In this document: positions 30,894 through 42,877 of the stretch, piece after piece | How the letters are laid out: each line of letters opens with the position of its first letter | Position numbering within the stretch: the first letter of the stretch is position 1 | NCBI RefSeq assembly: GCF_003334355.1 | Contig: NZ_QOWP01000006.1 | Reading direction: 5' to 3' (one strand) | DNA: 64,000 nt | Origin: Escherichia coli | Lineage (GTDB): Bacteria > Pseudomonadota > Gammaproteobacteria > Enterobacterales > Enterobacteriaceae | Translations under genes and position numbers: made by a program | The notes under the pieces: model-generated | The model's database searches: none | The model's input: the letters and a program-made list of their open reading frames with translations, nothing else | What the model was told of the DNA's origin: nothing

Positions 30894-32153
30894 TCAACCA
30901 ATCCCCATGCTTTCAGCCAGTGCTTCCAGCGCCTGTTCAAAACACGCCAGCGGTGCCCGCACAGTGCCTGCGCCAATCTGCCCGATCCCCGCCTCTTTAT
31001 GGGCGATACCGGTATTGATGAGTGGCGTAATGCCGGTTTCTACCACGCGACGAATGTCCAGTCCCAGGCACGCGCCCTGAAAATCCCAGCCTGGGATCTG
31101 CAACTGCATATTGCGCTCAAGGTAAATTTCCGCCATCTCTTCAGATACCGCTCTGGCCGCTTCCATGCCACCCGCACCGACAAAGCGCGTTACGCCAGGC
31201 GCTGCGATCATTGCCGCACCTCCGATACCAAAGGTTTCGGTAATCGCGCTATCGCCCATATCCGGGTTCGCCTGCTCCTGCGAGAAGCCGGTGAAAAACA
31301 GACCTTGCGGAGTGTTTACAGGCGCAGTAAACCAGCGTTCGCCCAGCCCGCTTACCCGAATCCCGAACATATTGCCGTTGCGGGTCATTGCCGTGACGAT
31401 GCTGCCTGCGCGGATCATCGCGCCAGCATCCATCGCCGCCTTGCAGTAAGCCATCGCGAGGTTGAGGAAGAACTGATCGGTCACGCTGAGGAAATCCATC
31501 ACTTCGGCGATGTGCTGTTTATCATGATCGAGGCGAGCAATTTGTGGGGCCAGCGCACGCATTAACAGTGCAGAGGAAGCAATATTGCGTTGATGGAACT
31601 CATCGCCCATCGTAATGCCCTGCGCCATCATCGCCGTGAGATCGATACCGCGCTCCATGCGCCCCAGCGCCGCGCTTAATACTGGCATTAACACATCGCG
31701 CATCCAGCGATGGCGAGTCAGGACATCTTCGCCGTAAGCGCCAAAACGCATCACTTTGCCGATACCTTCGTTGAGGTTGCAGTACGCCCGGTTGCCGTCG
31801 GTCACGTTCTCGACCACCAGCATCGGCATACTGGCAGAAGTAATACCGCCCATTGGACCGACGGCATTCACATGGTGACAAGGAATGAAGTTCACTTCCC
31901 CCTGCTCCAGTATTGCCAGCGCCTGCGCTTCATCTTTCACCCAGCCTTCGAACAGACATGCGCCCACGCACGCCCCTTTCATGGGTCCGGTCATCTCCTG
32001 CCAGCGCATTGGCGGCCCGGCGTGAAGCAGTGTTTTGCCCTCGTTTAGTTCGCTGATAAGTGAAGAAGCCGGTTGCACATCCAGCCAGTGTGGACGAGCG
32101 CGACGAATTTGTTCGATAACCGCAGCATTGGCTTGCGCTACTGATGTAAACAT
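30894..32153 (-). CDS. ylbE: YlbE (DUF1116) protein, intact
   Basis: Uninterrupted 419-aa ORF. Confidence 0.75.
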   Translation of the reverse strand: MFTSVAQANAAVIEQIRRARPHWLDVQPASSLISELNEGKTLLHAGPPMRWQEMTGPMKGACVGACLFEGWVKDEAQALAILEQGEVNFIPCHHVNAVGPMGGITSASMPMLVVENVTDGNRAYCNLNEGIGKVMRFGAYGEDVLTRHRWMRDVLMPVLSAALGRMERGIDLTAMMAQGITMGDEFHQRNIASSALLMRALAPQIARLDHDKQHIAEVMDFLSVTDQFFLNLAMAYCKAAMDAGAMIRAGSIVTAMTRNGNMFGIRVSGLGERWFTAPVNTPQGLFFTGFSQEQANPDMGDSAITETFGIGGAAMIAAPGVTRFVGAGGMEAARAVSEEMAEIYLERNMQLQIPGWDFQGACLGLDIRRVVETGITPLINTGIAHKEAGIGQIGAGTVRAPLACFEQALEALAESMGIG

Positions 32154-32162
32154 GGGAACCCC

Positions 32163-33830
32163 TTATTGCAAACGTTCTAATAAACGAGCCAGTTTTTTAT
32201 TGCCGCCGGCGACTGGCGACCATTGGTAATGCACAACCGGTTTGCTGGCGCTTTGTAGCTCCAGCGCAAAGCTGCGTAATCCGATGTTAATCACGGCGAC
32301 GTTTTCCAGTAATGACGGTGTGTGTTGCTGAGTGGCAGGCGAAAGCGGACGAATCAGTGCCGCCGCCAGCAAGGTGGCTTCCGGCAGCGAACTCACTACC
32401 GCGATCCCTGCATCTTCCAGCGTGGCGATTTGCTGCGAGCGGCATTGCGGGTCACGTTCAGTGCCTGTCACCGTGGCAATGGCATACAGTGGTTGATTGT
32501 CTGAAAGCGCGGCACATGCTTTTTGCCAGGCGCTTACCAGCGAGGCGGCAGGATCGGCGGTCGCACCGAAGCCAATCACGACATCAAGCAGCAATACGCG
32601 CACTTGCGGTTTAGCGCCGAGATCGGCAATTAACTGGTTGCGTAAGGCTGGGTCGATCATCGGATGGGGACGCCCGACGGTGTAGAAATCATCGCCGAGG
32701 TCAATAATCTGGTGACCATCAGCGTCGAGCATCATGCCGTGATGATGGGTATCGTCGGCTTCCACGCCAAGGTGTCCAGCAAGTAATCCCGCCGCTTCGG
32801 CAGCCAGCGTACCGCCGGTATACAAACCGCAAATAAATCCGCTGCTGACAGGCGCTATTGCGTTACGTCGCGCCGTGACACGTGAAAGCAGGCAAGCCAG
32901 GCGTGCGGCCTCATCCAGCGAGGAGGCAAACCAGACATTCTCGTCGCGGGCCACCGCCGGGGTATAACCTAAAAACAGCGCCACCGTCGGTTTGCCGGTT
33001 GCTTTCATGGCATTAACAATTTTCAGACGCACAGCTTCGGCAGGCGGTTTTGAAACAAATGCCAGCACTTCGCTTTTCTCGTCTGCACTGAGCATTTCCA
33101 GCGCCGTCAGCGCACTGATGCCGCCTACTTCACGGCTGAGGTCGCGCCCGCCAAGGCCAATCGCGTGAGTAATTCCCTCCCCTGCCAGCGCAATCTGCGA
33201 GCACAGCTCCTGAATCCCGGTACCGGAAGCGCCAATGACGCCAATGTTGCCTTCCGGCATCACGTTAGCAAAAGCCAGCGGCGTGCCGGCAATCATCGAC
33301 GTACCGCAGTCCGGCCCCATCACCAGCAAGCCTTTTTCTCGCGCGCGGGTTTTAAGTTGGATTTCATCTTCCAGCGTGACGTTATCGGAGAACATCATCA
33401 CGTTGAGGTTGCGATCCAGCGCCTGATTCGCCAGCTCCGCCGCATACTCGCCAGCCACTGAAATCAGCGCCAGACTGGCATCGGGTAATTTCTGACAGGC
33501 GCTGTCCCAGCGACGCACCTGCGTCAACGCCTGGCTGCTGCCTGACCCCTGCGCCAGTTGTTTTAGCGCCTCTTCAAGCTGCTGCATAATCGCCTGCGCG
33601 ATCCCCGCATCCGCCGCTTCGCTACGAATTGCCACGCAAATATCGTTCGGCGTGGCGTTATTAAAATCGTCATGCCAGAAACCTGTGGTATCTAATAACG
33701 CTTTATTGGCGGGCGTACCCATCATTACGGAAACATCATCAACATTTTCTGATTCGCTGAGTTTTCGTGAAATAATCATTAAACTGACCGAATCCTGAAA
33801 ACACCCTTTTTTAATAAAGGCGTGGATCAT
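32163..33830 (-). CDS. fdrA: FdrA succinyl-CoA synthetase-like protein
   Basis: 555-aa ORF with CoA-ligase-like glycine-rich motifs. Confidence 0.8.
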   Translation of the reverse strand: MIHAFIKKGCFQDSVSLMIISRKLSESENVDDVSVMMGTPANKALLDTTGFWHDDFNNATPNDICVAIRSEAADAGIAQAIMQQLEEALKQLAQGSGSSQALTQVRRWDSACQKLPDASLALISVAGEYAAELANQALDRNLNVMMFSDNVTLEDEIQLKTRAREKGLLVMGPDCGTSMIAGTPLAFANVMPEGNIGVIGASGTGIQELCSQIALAGEGITHAIGLGGRDLSREVGGISALTALEMLSADEKSEVLAFVSKPPAEAVRLKIVNAMKATGKPTVALFLGYTPAVARDENVWFASSLDEAARLACLLSRVTARRNAIAPVSSGFICGLYTGGTLAAEAAGLLAGHLGVEADDTHHHGMMLDADGHQIIDLGDDFYTVGRPHPMIDPALRNQLIADLGAKPQVRVLLLDVVIGFGATADPAASLVSAWQKACAALSDNQPLYAIATVTGTERDPQCRSQQIATLEDAGIAVVSSLPEATLLAAALIRPLSPATQQHTPSLLENVAVINIGLRSFALELQSASKPVVHYQWSPVAGGNKKLARLLERLQ

Positions 33831-34146
33831 AACAACTCCTTAAAAATTGCACCCATGGCAATTGCACGAGCAGTGTTAATGTGGCGATTACGGTATCGAT
33901 GACAACGGGTAAATAAGGTGATGAATATCACACAGGGATTATTAACAAAAGAATTCAAATAACCGCCATGCTATTACGTGTTATTTTTTAATAAGCGTGG
34001 TTGTTTTAAAAACCAGGTTAAAAGCGAGCGGATTATCAAATAAATTCTAACTATATTTTTTTGCCTGTCTGGATCACATAATCCAGATATTTTCCCTGTA
34101 TGTTAATTGCAGTCATGCTTCACACCGTCGTTAAAAAGGAAGACAG

Positions 34147-35196
34147 ATGAAAATCAGTCGGGAAACACTCCACCAGCTAATTGAGAATAAACTCTGCCAG
34201 GCTGGGTTAAAACGTGAGCACGCTGCAACCGTGGCTGAAGTATTGGTTTACGCCGATGCCAGAGGGATCCACTCTCATGGCGCGGTGCGCGTGGAATACT
34301 ACGCGGAACGCATTTCAAAAGGCGGCACCAACCGCGAACCGGAGTTTCGTCTTGAGGAAACCGGGCCGTGCTCGGCAATTTTACATGCCGACAATGCCGC
34401 CGGACAGGTCGCGGCGAAAATGGGTATGGAACATGCCATCAAAACCGCCCAGCAAAATGGCGTTGCGGTGGTCGGTATCAGCCGGATGGGTCACAGCGGC
34501 GCAATCTCTTATTTTGTGCAGCAGGCAGCCCGCGCCGGATTCATTGGCATTTCGATGTGCCAGTCCGATCCAATGGTGGTGCCGTTTGGCGGCGCGGAAA
34601 TTTACTACGGTACTAACCCCCTGGCCTTTGCCGCGCCGGGAGAAGGCGACGAGATCCTTACCTTTGATATGGCGACTACCGTACAGGCATGGGGAAAAGT
34701 GCTCGACGCCCGCTCGCGTAATATGTCTATCCCGGATACCTGGGCGGTCGATAAAAACGGTGTACCAACAACCGATCCGTTCGCGGTACATGCTCTGCTC
34801 CCCGCCGCCGGGCCAAAAGGGTATGGCCTGATGATGATGATTGACGTCCTCTCAGGCGTCTTACTCGGCTTACCGTTCGGGCGACAGGTTAGTTCGATGT
34901 ATGACGATTTACACGCAGGGCGTAATTTGGGGCAATTACATATAGTTATTAATCCGAACTTTTTCTCCTCCAGCGAATTATTCCGTCAACATCTTAGCCA
35001 GACCATGCGCGAATTAAATGCCATTACCCCCGCGCCCGGTTTTAACCAAGTTTATTATCCCGGACAGGATCAGGATATTAAACAACGCAAAGCCGCCGTC
35101 GAAGGCATCGAAATTGTTGATGATATTTACCAGTATTTAATTTCCGACGCGCTTTATAACACGTCATACGAAACGAAAAATCCCTTTGCGCAATAA
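34147..35196 (+). CDS. allD: ureidoglycolate dehydrogenase
   Basis: 349 aa, Ldh_2-family. Confidence 0.85.
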   Translation: MKISRETLHQLIENKLCQAGLKREHAATVAEVLVYADARGIHSHGAVRVEYYAERISKGGTNREPEFRLEETGPCSAILHADNAAGQVAAKMGMEHAIKTAQQNGVAVVGISRMGHSGAISYFVQQAARAGFIGISMCQSDPMVVPFGGAEIYYGTNPLAFAAPGEGDEILTFDMATTVQAWGKVLDARSRNMSIPDTWAVDKNGVPTTDPFAVHALLPAAGPKGYGLMMMIDVLSGVLLGLPFGRQVSSMYDDLHAGRNLGQLHIVINPNFFSSSELFRQHLSQTMRELNAITPAPGFNQVYYPGQDQDIKQRKAAVEGIEIVDDIYQYLISDALYNTSYETKNPFAQ

Positions 35197-35295
35197 TTAT
35201 TGAGACAGGACTTTCTTATGATTACACATTTTCGTCAAGCCATAGAAGAAGCGCTGCCCTAGCTTTCCTCATTTGGCGCTGACCCAACGGGTGGG

Positions 35296-36453
35296 ATGAC
35301 CCGTTTACTTTATTCGCCGGAATGGCTGGAAACCCAGCAGCAATTTAAAAAAAGAATGGCAGCAAGCGGGCTGGAAACACGTTTCGATGAAGTGGGGAAT
35401 TTATACGGTCGCCTGAGTGGCACCGAATATCCACAGGAAGTGGTTCTGAGCGGTTCGCATATCGATACCGTGGTTAACGGCGGTAACCTCGACGGGCAAT
35501 TCGGCGCGCTGGCGGCGTGGCTGGCAATTGACTGGTTGAAAACGCAATACGGCGCGCCGCTACGTACGGTCGAAGTGGTGGCGATGGCAGAAGAAGAAGG
35601 CAGCCGCTTCCCGTATGTCTTCTGGGGCAGTAAAAATATCTTTGGGCTGGCGAATCCTGACGACGTGCGGAATATCTGTGATGCCAAAGGAAATAGTTTT
35701 GTCGATGCGATGAAGGCTTGCGGATTTACTCTGCCGGACGCCCCGCTAACTCCGCGTCAGGATATTAAAGCCTTTGTCGAACTGCATATCGAACAGGGCT
35801 GTGTGCTGGAAAGTAATGGGCAATCAATTGGCGTGGTGAATGCAATTGTCGGGCAACGTCGCTATACGGTGACGCTGAACGGCGAATCAAACCATGCAGG
35901 CACCACGCCGATGGGTTATCGTCGTGATACGGTTTACGCTTTCAGTCGCATTTGCCATCAGTCGATCGAAAAAGCGAAAAAGATGGGCGACCCGCTGGTT
36001 CTGACCTTTGGGAAAGTAGAGCCGCGCCCGAATACGGTGAATGTGGTGCCGGGTAAAACCACGTTCACCATTGATTGTCGTCATACCGACGCCGCCGTGC
36101 TGCGTGATTTCACCCAACAGTTAGAAAACGACATGCGGGCGATTTGCGATGAAATGGACATTGGTATTGATATCGATTTATGGATGGACGAAGAACCCGT
36201 GCCGATGAATAAGGACCTGGTCGCCACCCTGACAGAATTGTGTGAAAGTGAAAAACTGAATTACCGGGTGATGCACAGTGGTGCCGGGCACGACGCGCAA
36301 ATTTTCGCGCCTCGCGTGCCGACCTGCATGATTTTCATTCCCAGCATCAACGGGATCAGCCATAACCCGGCGGAACGCACCAATATTACCGACCTTGCCG
36401 AAGGGGTCAAAACGTTGGCACTCATGCTTTATCAACTTGCCTGGCAGAAATAA
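35296..36453 (+). CDS. allC: allantoate amidohydrolase, longest uninterrupted frame (upstream native-looking start at 35218 is cut off by an in-frame TAG)
   Basis: 385-aa ORF from an internal Met; ATG at 35218 with 14 sense codons then TAG at 35260-35262, same frame. Confidence 0.8.
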   Translation: MTRLLYSPEWLETQQQFKKRMAASGLETRFDEVGNLYGRLSGTEYPQEVVLSGSHIDTVVNGGNLDGQFGALAAWLAIDWLKTQYGAPLRTVEVVAMAEEEGSRFPYVFWGSKNIFGLANPDDVRNICDAKGNSFVDAMKACGFTLPDAPLTPRQDIKAFVELHIEQGCVLESNGQSIGVVNAIVGQRRYTVTLNGESNHAGTTPMGYRRDTVYAFSRICHQSIEKAKKMGDPLVLTFGKVEPRPNTVNVVPGKTTFTIDCRHTDAAVLRDFTQQLENDMRAICDEMDIGIDIDLWMDEEPVPMNKDLVATLTELCESEKLNYRVMHSGAGHDAQIFAPRVPTCMIFIPSINGISHNPAERTNITDLAEGVKTLALMLYQLAWQK

Positions 36454-36463
36454 GGAGTCATAA

Positions 36464-37249
36464 ATGGGATATTTAAATAACGTCACCGGTTACCGCGATG
36501 ATTTACTGGCTAACCGTGCGATTGTGAAACACGGTAATTTCGCACTGTTAACCCCGGACGGTCTGGTAAAAAATATTATTCCGGGCTTTGAAAATTGTGA
36601 CGCGACAATCCTCTCCACGCCAAAGCTGGGTGCCTCTTTTGTTGATTATCTGGTCACACTGCATCAAAACGGCGGCAACCAACAGGGCTTCGGTGGCGAA
36701 GGCATTGAAACGTTCCTGTATGTGATCACTGGAAATATCACTGCCAAAGCCGAAGGCAAAACATTTGCCTTAAGCGAAGGTGGCTATCTTTATTGCCCGC
36801 CAGGCTCCTTAATGACGTTTGTTAACGCCCAGGCCGAAGACAGCCAAATCTTTTTATATAAGCGCCGCTATGTTCCGGTAGAAGGCCATGCACCGTGGCT
36901 GGTTTCTGGCAATGCCAGCGAACTGGAACGCATTCACTATGAAGGTATGGATGATGTGATCCTGCTGGATTTTCTGCCCAAAGAGTTAGGTTTTGATATG
37001 AACATGCATATCCTCTCTTTTGCACCAGGTGCCAGCCATGGTTATATCGAAACACATGTTCAGGAACACGGTGCCTATATTCTTTCCGGTCAGGGGGTTT
37101 ATAACCTCGACAATAACTGGATCCCGGTGAAAAAAGGCGATTACATCTTTATGGGCGCTTATTCTTTACAGGCTGGTTATGGTGTAGGGCGTGGTGAAGC
37201 GTTCAGCTATATTTACTCGAAAGATTGCAACCGCGACGTAGAGATTTAA
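36464..37249 (+). CDS. allE: ureidoglycine aminohydrolase (cupin)
   Basis: 261 aa, synteny after allC. Confidence 0.8.
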   Translation: MGYLNNVTGYRDDLLANRAIVKHGNFALLTPDGLVKNIIPGFENCDATILSTPKLGASFVDYLVTLHQNGGNQQGFGGEGIETFLYVITGNITAKAEGKTFALSEGGYLYCPPGSLMTFVNAQAEDSQIFLYKRRYVPVEGHAPWLVSGNASELERIHYEGMDDVILLDFLPKELGFDMNMHILSFAPGASHGYIETHVQEHGAYILSGQGVYNLDNNWIPVKKGDYIFMGAYSLQAGYGVGRGEAFSYIYSKDCNRDVEI

Positions 37250-37291
37250 GTCATACCACTCGCCTGATTATTTTTAGCTATGTTGGATTTT

Positions 37292-37318
37292 GCCACGGTT
37301 TATACCGTGGCTTTTTTT
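37292..37318 (+). terminator. Rho-independent terminator after allE
   Basis: GCCACGGTTTATACCGTGGC hairpin followed by TTTTTTT. Confidence 0.7.
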
Positions 37319-37476
37319 GTAACATTGCCTGATGCGCTTCGCTTATCAGGCCTACATGATCTCTGCAATATATAGAATTTGCGCGATTTTCAGGAAGGAT
37401 ATAGTACTCATGCCGCATCCGGCATGAGTACTGCGCTCTTATACGAAATAAATAGCATCCGCTTTAAAGGCAAGAG

Positions 37477-38622
37477 TCAGTTTTTAATTCCCTGACCTAT
37501 TTTAATGGCGCAGGCAATATTTCGCGCGCTGTTGAAGAGATTGATTTCACCGCTGGCGAGTACTTCGGCTAAAGGTGCCAGACGTGGCAAAATGCTGAAT
37601 ACCGCATCAATGCCATACTGGTGCACCACTTCCACGCCATCACCCAATACGCCAGCAATCCCAATCACCGGTACATTAAACTGCTTCGCCACCGACGCCA
37701 CACCCAGCGGCGCTTTACCGCCTGCCGTTTGCGAGTCGATGCGCCCTTCCCCGGTAATCACCAGTGCTGCGCCCTGCACTGCCTGCGCAAGATTGACCGC
37801 ATTCAACACAATCTCAATACCTGGTTTAATATCCGCATTGAGAAATACCGCCGCCGCAATACCCATACCGCCCGCAGCGCCGCCGCCCGCCATCTGGCAG
37901 ACGTTGATTTCAGTTTGCTGTTGTAAAACACGGGCGTAATTTTGCAGCCCCTGTTCCAGCTCTTCGACCATTTCCGGCGTTGCCCCTTTTTGCGGGCCAA
38001 ACACCGCCGCCGCGCCGCGTGCCCCTACCAGCGGGTTATCAACGTCACATGCTACTTCAATATGGCAATTCGCCAGACGCGGATCGCATTCATCCATCTC
38101 AATGCTTGCCACGCGCGCTAAATTACCGCCGTTAGCCACCAGCACCTGACCGTCGGCATCAAGGAAACGCACACCGAGCGCCTGCGCCATGCCCATACCG
38201 CCGTCGACCGTCGCACTGCCGCCAATGCCGAGAATAATATGGCGAATGCCGTTATCCAGCGCATGACGAATTAACTCCCCCGTACCAAAACTGGAGGCCA
38301 GCAACGGATTACGCTTTTCAGGCGCGACCAGCATCAGGCCACTTGCTGCCGCCATCTCAATCACCGCCGTTTTCCCGTCGCCGGTAAGGCCATAAAAAGC
38401 ATTCACTGTTTCGCCCATCGGCCCGCAGACTTCAAGCGTCACGATGTTGCCGCCCGTCGCGGCGACCATCGCATCCACCGTTCCTTCGCCGCCATCCGCT
38501 ATCGGCAAACAGATATAGTGCGCATCGGGAAAGAGGGTCGAAAACCCGGCTTTAATTGCCTGGCAACATTTTTCTGCACTTAAGCTCTCTTTAAAAGAGT
38601 CTGGCGCAATGACAATCTTCAT
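37477..38622 (-). CDS. glxK: glycerate 3-kinase
   Basis: 381 aa from [16 protein letters not shown]. Confidence 0.85.
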   Translation of the reverse strand: MKIVIAPDSFKESLSAEKCCQAIKAGFSTLFPDAHYICLPIADGGEGTVDAMVAATGGNIVTLEVCGPMGETVNAFYGLTGDGKTAVIEMAAASGLMLVAPEKRNPLLASSFGTGELIRHALDNGIRHIILGIGGSATVDGGMGMAQALGVRFLDADGQVLVANGGNLARVASIEMDECDPRLANCHIEVACDVDNPLVGARGAAAVFGPQKGATPEMVEELEQGLQNYARVLQQQTEINVCQMAGGGAAGGMGIAAAVFLNADIKPGIEIVLNAVNLAQAVQGAALVITGEGRIDSQTAGGKAPLGVASVAKQFNVPVIGIAGVLGDGVEVVHQYGIDAVFSILPRLAPLAEVLASGEINLFNSARNIACAIKIGQGIKN

Positions 38623-38643
38623 TATCAATCCTTTTTCAACAAA

Positions 38644-39945
38644 TTATTCGATGCGTTCCCACGGAATAAGATTATCCATAAGAACAGCCAGTAAAATCCC
38701 GACCAATAAGCCGTTACTGAGCAGAGGACGCAGCGTTAATGGAAGGTCTTGCAGATACACAGGCGGTAATGCCATTAAAAATATGCCGACAAATAACGGC
38801 AATGCGAGTCGATAAATATTGCGAGCGGTAAAGGTTATTTGCTGGCTAAACACCAGCGCGGAAAAGAGTAAAGGCAGATAAGAAACCAGCATGACCGCGC
38901 TACTCACGGGTAAAGGGATACTGCAAAACAGTCGTGTGAGTGCCGGAACCAGCGCCACCAGCAGGCAAATAACGCTGCCATAAATAAACGAACGCCGCGT
39001 GTAATCGCCAGTCTGGGTTAATAAACCAATGGATGAAACAAACGGTGAAAATGGAATTACCGCCAGCGGTACGGTTATCAGCGTCATAAATCCGGTCGCC
39101 ACAAAGCTACGACGATAACGCGTATTCCCCGCGCCCTGCTGCGGATAAAAAACATCCGTGCCCCGAATCGCACCGTAGGTATTGCTGATATTCACCAGAC
39201 CTGTAATCACCGCCGTCAGAATAATTCCCGGCGACAAAGCACCGCCACTGCCGAGCGGGAACCACTGCCAGTGCAACTCACCGGAGAGCGAATGCGAAGA
39301 AGGAAAGCAAAAGTACCACAACAACCAGCCGGTTATCGTACCGACCAGCAGGCCATAACGGGCAAAACGTTGCGGCAGAAAGATAATCATCGCCAGTACC
39401 AGGCACATCACCGCCACCGAGAGCGCGAACGGTGGTAACTGAATTTTAAAATTTGGGTCGGCTATGCCAAACGGCAGCCCGAGCATACCTTTGAAAAAGA
39501 TAGTGGTCAGCTGCGCGCCCAGCATCAACATAAACAAGACCATCACCGACGGCGTAAATAACCGTGCCAGGCGATGGCCTAATCCGCTAAAACCAATCAA
39601 CATCGTCAGCACGCCGGAGAGTGCAATCCCCACCGCCAGACTGGTAGCGATATCGTTGATCGGTGTCCCGCGCGATGCTTCGCCAAGGGTGATAGTAAGG
39701 ATGGTTCCCCACCACAGGCCACCCGGCCCTTCCATAATAGCGCGACGATGACCGCAGAACGCCTGAGCGAAGCAGGCCAGTGCGGTAGCAAGAAAAGCAT
39801 ATTGCGTGAGCGTAAGCAGGCTACTTTGCGGCAACTGAAAAGCAGAAAGTAGCGTAGGAGGAACCACAACCGTGTTGCAAAAAATAAAGAAAAACCACTG
39901 AAATCCTGATAACAGGCTTTCGCGGCTGACTGCAAAATTGAACAT
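38644..39945 (-). CDS. ybbY: putative purine/uracil permease family protein YbbY
   Basis: ~433-aa polytopic membrane ORF, synteny. Confidence 0.75.
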   Translation of the reverse strand: MFNFAVSRESLLSGFQWFFFIFCNTVVVPPTLLSAFQLPQSSLLTLTQYAFLATALACFAQAFCGHRRAIMEGPGGLWWGTILTITLGEASRGTPINDIATSLAVGIALSGVLTMLIGFSGLGHRLARLFTPSVMVLFMLMLGAQLTTIFFKGMLGLPFGIADPNFKIQLPPFALSVAVMCLVLAMIIFLPQRFARYGLLVGTITGWLLWYFCFPSSHSLSGELHWQWFPLGSGGALSPGIILTAVITGLVNISNTYGAIRGTDVFYPQQGAGNTRYRRSFVATGFMTLITVPLAVIPFSPFVSSIGLLTQTGDYTRRSFIYGSVICLLVALVPALTRLFCSIPLPVSSAVMLVSYLPLLFSALVFSQQITFTARNIYRLALPLFVGIFLMALPPVYLQDLPLTLRPLLSNGLLVGILLAVLMDNLIPWERIE

Positions 39946-40001
39946 AAACACACCTTAACCGGAGAATGCCCGCCGCAAGGACGGGCATTGCAGGGGCCAG
40001 A

Positions 40002-41363
40002 TTACTGCTGATGTTTAAGGATAAATTGACCTTTCGGCGCAACAGGGAAGCCCTGTTCAATGTCGTAAATCACATCACCACGTAAGATGGTTTTCGTGAT
40101 ACGCGCGCCAATGGTACGGCCAACATACGGGCTGACTTTGTGGCGATATTCCAGATCGTCATTGGTAAGAACATAGCTGCTATTCGGCTGAATGAAGACG
40201 AAGTCGGCATCTTTTCCTGGGGCGATACGGCCTTTTTGCTGCAGACCGAAAATATCTGCTGCGTTAGTCGCCATTAATTTGCCGAACATTGGCAGAGACA
40301 TTCCGCGTTTCTGTACCGCTTCATCGAACATCACGTCCATACAGTTTTGCAGACCGGCAATACCGCCCCATGCTTCCATGATGTTGCCGGCTTTCATTTC
40401 CGGAGGGCATGGTGAGTGGTCGGAAACCAGGCAGTCGATTTCACCGTTAAACAGTTTTTCCCACATGCCTTTCTGGTTTTCCAGATCGCGGATCGGCGGT
40501 GAACACTTCGCCAGAGTACCGATTTCTTCGAACTGATCGGTATCCAGTACAAAGTAATGCGGGCAGAATTCACAAGTAACATCCTGACCTTCCTGACGTG
40601 CACGAATCACTTCTTCAACACCTTCTGGGCTGCTGATATGGCAAATGTGCAGACGGCAACCGGCAACTTTCGCCAGGTACAGTACGCGGCGAATCGCTTC
40701 CATTTCGGTAAATACCGGACGCGAAGCCACATAGTCATGGGCAGTTACACGACCTTCACTTTTCGCTTCTTCGCCCAGTGCATCACAGATCAGCGCGTTT
40801 TCGCAGTGCACCAGCACCGGCTGCCCCAGTTCGCCCAGCTTCTGCGCACCTTTGAAGAACTGCCAGTCGTTTACATCACGGAAGTCGTTGTCGATACCGC
40901 GATCGCCACAGGTCGCAACGAAGCATTTGAAGCCGACAACGCCCACTTCATCCAACTCATGCAGACGATCAATGTTGTAAGACACCAGGCCACCGAGTTG
41001 TGCCGCATCGATAGTCAGCTTGCCTTTAGCGGCATCGAACTTCAGTTCAATTGAAGCACGGTCAACCGTTGCAGGCAGCTGGTTGAGCGGCATTTCGATC
41101 ATGGTGGTGATACCACCTTTTGCCGCTGCGCGAGTACCGGTTTCATAACCTTCCCAGTGGCTACGACCCGGTTCAGAAATATGGGTGTGCGCATCAACCA
41201 TGCCCGGCGAAACCACCAGACCAGACGCATCCATAACTTCTTTTGCATCGCCCAGATCCTGACCGATAGCAGCAATTTTTCCGCCTTTAACGGCGATATC
41301 TACAACGCGAGCTTCGTTTTCTAAAATAACGGTGCCGTTTTTAATGATTAAATCAAAAGACAT
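40002..41363 (-). CDS. allB: allantoinase
   Basis: 453 aa amidohydrolase (DAHTH metal-binding motif). Confidence 0.9.
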   Translation of the reverse strand: MSFDLIIKNGTVILENEARVVDIAVKGGKIAAIGQDLGDAKEVMDASGLVVSPGMVDAHTHISEPGRSHWEGYETGTRAAAKGGITTMIEMPLNQLPATVDRASIELKFDAAKGKLTIDAAQLGGLVSYNIDRLHELDEVGVVGFKCFVATCGDRGIDNDFRDVNDWQFFKGAQKLGELGQPVLVHCENALICDALGEEAKSEGRVTAHDYVASRPVFTEMEAIRRVLYLAKVAGCRLHICHISSPEGVEEVIRARQEGQDVTCEFCPHYFVLDTDQFEEIGTLAKCSPPIRDLENQKGMWEKLFNGEIDCLVSDHSPCPPEMKAGNIMEAWGGIAGLQNCMDVMFDEAVQKRGMSLPMFGKLMATNAADIFGLQQKGRIAPGKDADFVFIQPNSSYVLTNDDLEYRHKVSPYVGRTIGARITKTILRGDVIYDIEQGFPVAPKGQFILKHQQ

Positions 41364-41422
41364 AACAAACTCCTTGTAAAATACAGATTGGTTTTTAACT
41401 CAATGTTCAATATCGGGATTAA

Positions 41423-42877
41423 TTAACCTATGGTTTTTTGCTCTCCTGTTTTTTCTGCTGTTGTACGTTTCTTTAATAAGGCGTAGGCCGCAAAGGCGAC
41501 GATGACGCCGACAAACCATGAAACACGCGATAACGGTTCCATAAAGTGAATAAACTTACCGCCAAGAGATAAAATAACGGCCACCAGAGTTACTGAAAAC
41601 GCAGTGAGGTTAAAACCGTTATCGTAATATTTATAATCGCCAGGTGCGGTATACAGTTCATCAAGATTAATTTGTCCGCGCATCACCACAAAATAATGCG
41701 CCATCATGACACCAATTACCGGACCAAGCATTCCGCCGATAATATCGAGGAAAAGATAAATGCTGTCCTGATTTTCCATTAATTTCCACGGGCAGATCAG
41801 CAAGCTGATAATACTGGCAATCAGTACGCCGTTTTTATAGGTCAGTTTTGTCGGTGCAATGGCGGCAATCTGATAACCGGCTGGAATAATATTACCGGTC
41901 GCGTTAGTGGAGATAGTTGTCATCAGAATAACCAGTACCGCAAAGAACGAGGCGAACAGGCTGTCCCAACGCTGAACAATATCCAGCACGTTCCAGGTAT
42001 CAGCGCCGTAGTGAATACTGACTCCGGCAATAATACATACCCCGGCGACCGCAAACAGAATATAGGCCACAACTAAACCCAGCGTTTGCCCCAGCGCCTG
42101 CTCACGAAACGAGTGGGCGTTTTGCGTAAAGTCGGATGCGCTCACCGCCGGTGCCGCCCAGACCGCAACTACCGCGTTAATCACCACCAGGAACAGGAAG
42201 CCACCGTTTTCTGCTTTCTGAATACCGCTCGGAATGTAGTCAAAGATTGGACCGATCCCGACCAGTGAAATCGCCCAAATCGCCATACCGCCGAAAACGA
42301 TATAGATGCACGGGTTAAGAATGGCAGTGAATTTATTTAAAACTTTGCCACCGCCAAAACCTATACCAACGTTGACCAGCCAGAAGATTAAGAAAGTAAT
42401 TAAGCCCGGTAGAGAAAGGCCTAACAGAGTGAAATCACCACCGAGAGTTAAAAATCCCGGCCAGATTTTGCCAATCAGAATCAAGCAGGCCAGTGACCCC
42501 GCGTAACATTGCAAACCAAACCACATGATGGCGGCAATTCCGCCCCTTAATAATCCGGGAAACAGTGCACCACGTACACCGTAAGAAGCACGCAGGATCA
42601 TGGCAAAAGGCACACCGTATTTACTGCCCGCAGCACCGTTTAATACCATTACCGCGGCAATGAAAAAGGCGCTGAGGATAATTGCCAGCATAATACTAAA
42701 GGTAGACAAGCCGAGAATAAAAAAGCCGCCGACCATCACATAATTGGGAACGTTATGAACCGAACCCATCCATAAGGTAAAATAGTTAAATGTTTTCCAG
42801 GTCCGCTGGCTTTGCGTTTTCGGCAATAGATCTTCGCTATAGCCGCGTTGCTGGAATAGTTTTCTCTGATGTTCCAT
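41423..42877 (-). CDS. ybbW: allantoin permease (NCS1 family)
   Basis: 484-aa membrane transporter, synteny. Confidence 0.85.
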   Translation of the reverse strand: MEHQRKLFQQRGYSEDLLPKTQSQRTWKTFNYFTLWMGSVHNVPNYVMVGGFFILGLSTFSIMLAIILSAFFIAAVMVLNGAAGSKYGVPFAMILRASYGVRGALFPGLLRGGIAAIMWFGLQCYAGSLACLILIGKIWPGFLTLGGDFTLLGLSLPGLITFLIFWLVNVGIGFGGGKVLNKFTAILNPCIYIVFGGMAIWAISLVGIGPIFDYIPSGIQKAENGGFLFLVVINAVVAVWAAPAVSASDFTQNAHSFREQALGQTLGLVVAYILFAVAGVCIIAGVSIHYGADTWNVLDIVQRWDSLFASFFAVLVILMTTISTNATGNIIPAGYQIAAIAPTKLTYKNGVLIASIISLLICPWKLMENQDSIYLFLDIIGGMLGPVIGVMMAHYFVVMRGQINLDELYTAPGDYKYYDNGFNLTAFSVTLVAVILSLGGKFIHFMEPLSRVSWFVGVIVAFAAYALLKKRTTAEKTGEQKTIG

